NCBI GenBank assembly: GCA_964634065.1
Contig: CAZWID010000001.1
Span: forward strand, 1 to 45,410
Origin: an uncultured Oscillospiraceae bacterium
GTDB taxonomy: Bacteria; Bacillota; Clostridia; Oscillospirales; Oscillospiraceae
Length of the DNA stretch: 45,410 bases
Reading direction: 5' to 3'
Below the pieces are notes generated by a model. That model had not been told where the DNA came from. It made no database searches and saw only the letters and a program-made list of their open reading frames with translations. The position numbers were made by a program, and so were the translations under genes. Positions 45,182-45,410 of this stretch are shown in pieces; positions within the stretch are counted from its first letter, which is position 1; each line of letters opens with the position of its first letter.

Positions 45182-45302
45182 GTGAAATATCCTTTTGATG
45201 TGAAATATGATGCTATGCATCAAGTGAAATGAAATAAATCCACACACGCCTGCAGGCATTTCACATTGCGAAGCAATATTTCACGCACAAAGCGTATTTC
45301 AC
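45182..45302. repeat. array of six GTGAAAT heptamers: three direct, then three inverted
   Basis: GTGAAAT at 45182, 45200 and 45224. ATTTCAC at 45258, 45278 and 45296. Small hairpins are interspersed (TGATGCataGCATCA, GCCTGCAGGC, ATTGCgaaGCAAT). Confidence 0.8.
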
Positions 45303-45329
45303 AAATCCCGTCAGGGATTTATCTCGTTG

Positions 45330-45358
45330 AAAAAAGCACGCCAAAGCGTGCTTTTTTC
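45330..45358 (-). terminator. rho-independent (bidirectional-looking) terminator immediately 3' of the tRNA
   Basis: Stem AGCACGC/GCGTGCT (45335..45341 and 45346..45352), loop CAAA, flanked by an A-run and a T-run. Confidence 0.65.
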
Positions 45359-45410
45359 TGGCGGAGAGTAAGGGATTCGAACCCCTGTGGCGTTGCCGCC
45401 TAACGGTTTT
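45359..45410 (-). tRNA. tRNA-Ser (class II), 3' portion only; the anticodon is cut off by the window edge
   Basis: The minus strand reads ...AAAACCGTTAGGCGGCAACGCCACAGGGGTTCGAATCCCTTACTCTCCGCCA. This shows a T-loop TTCGAAT, a long variable arm GGCG-gcaa-CGCC, an encoded CCA, discriminator G73, and an implied acceptor 5' GGAGAGT. All of these fit Ser. Confidence 0.75.

Noticed and set aside
45182-45302. Whether the heptamer array is a CRISPR array.
   Set aside because: The units are 7 nt with 18-24 nt irregular spacing and switch orientation midway. There are no cas genes. It does not fit CRISPR architecture.
1-45410. Looked for transposases, integrases, prophage genes, rRNA, toxin-antitoxin pairs and other defence systems.
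   Set aside because: No translation in any frame showed the relevant motifs (DDE, Tyr or Ser recombinase, terminase, and so on). The only mobile-DNA hints are compositional: the low-GC R-M islet and the low-GC glycan genes.

Overview
High-GC Clostridia-like (Firmicutes) chromosomal segment. Every gene I can support lies on the minus strand. Reading 3' to 5' along the window: (1) 1-16.5 kb is a housekeeping block: leuS (partial), rsfS, an LCP protein, a nadD-yqeK fusion, yhbY, rdgB, ftsY, smc, a radical-SAM gene, rnc, plsX, trmFO, topA, dprA and a TrmH-family methyltransferase. (2) 16.6-28.0 kb holds two tandem copies of an unusual two-gene module. Each copy is a giant secreted multidomain protein (1727 and 1593 aa) whose stop codon overlaps the ATG of an 85-aa four-Cys protein. 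The copies share a 1.54-kb direct repeat with a 1309-bp perfectly identical core, and a 957-bp spacer with REP-like palindromes separates them. (3) 28.5-42.2 kb is a Wzx/Wzy-type polysaccharide locus. It contains an FkbH-ACP-VOC-NeuD acyl-decoration cassette, and a GT32 glycosyltransferase split by an (AT)12 tract inside the coding sequence, which is a candidate phase-variation switch. (4) 42.3-45.4 kb is a low-GC islet: a hypothetical membrane protein, an overlapping m5C-methyltransferase/restriction endonuclease pair, an array of GTGAAAT heptamers, and a partial tRNA-Ser. I saw no CRISPR, rRNA, transposase or integrase. All family assignments come from motifs read by eye in the translations; no searches were run. 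The best candidate for an undescribed system is the duplicated module of giant surface protein plus coupled small Cys protein.
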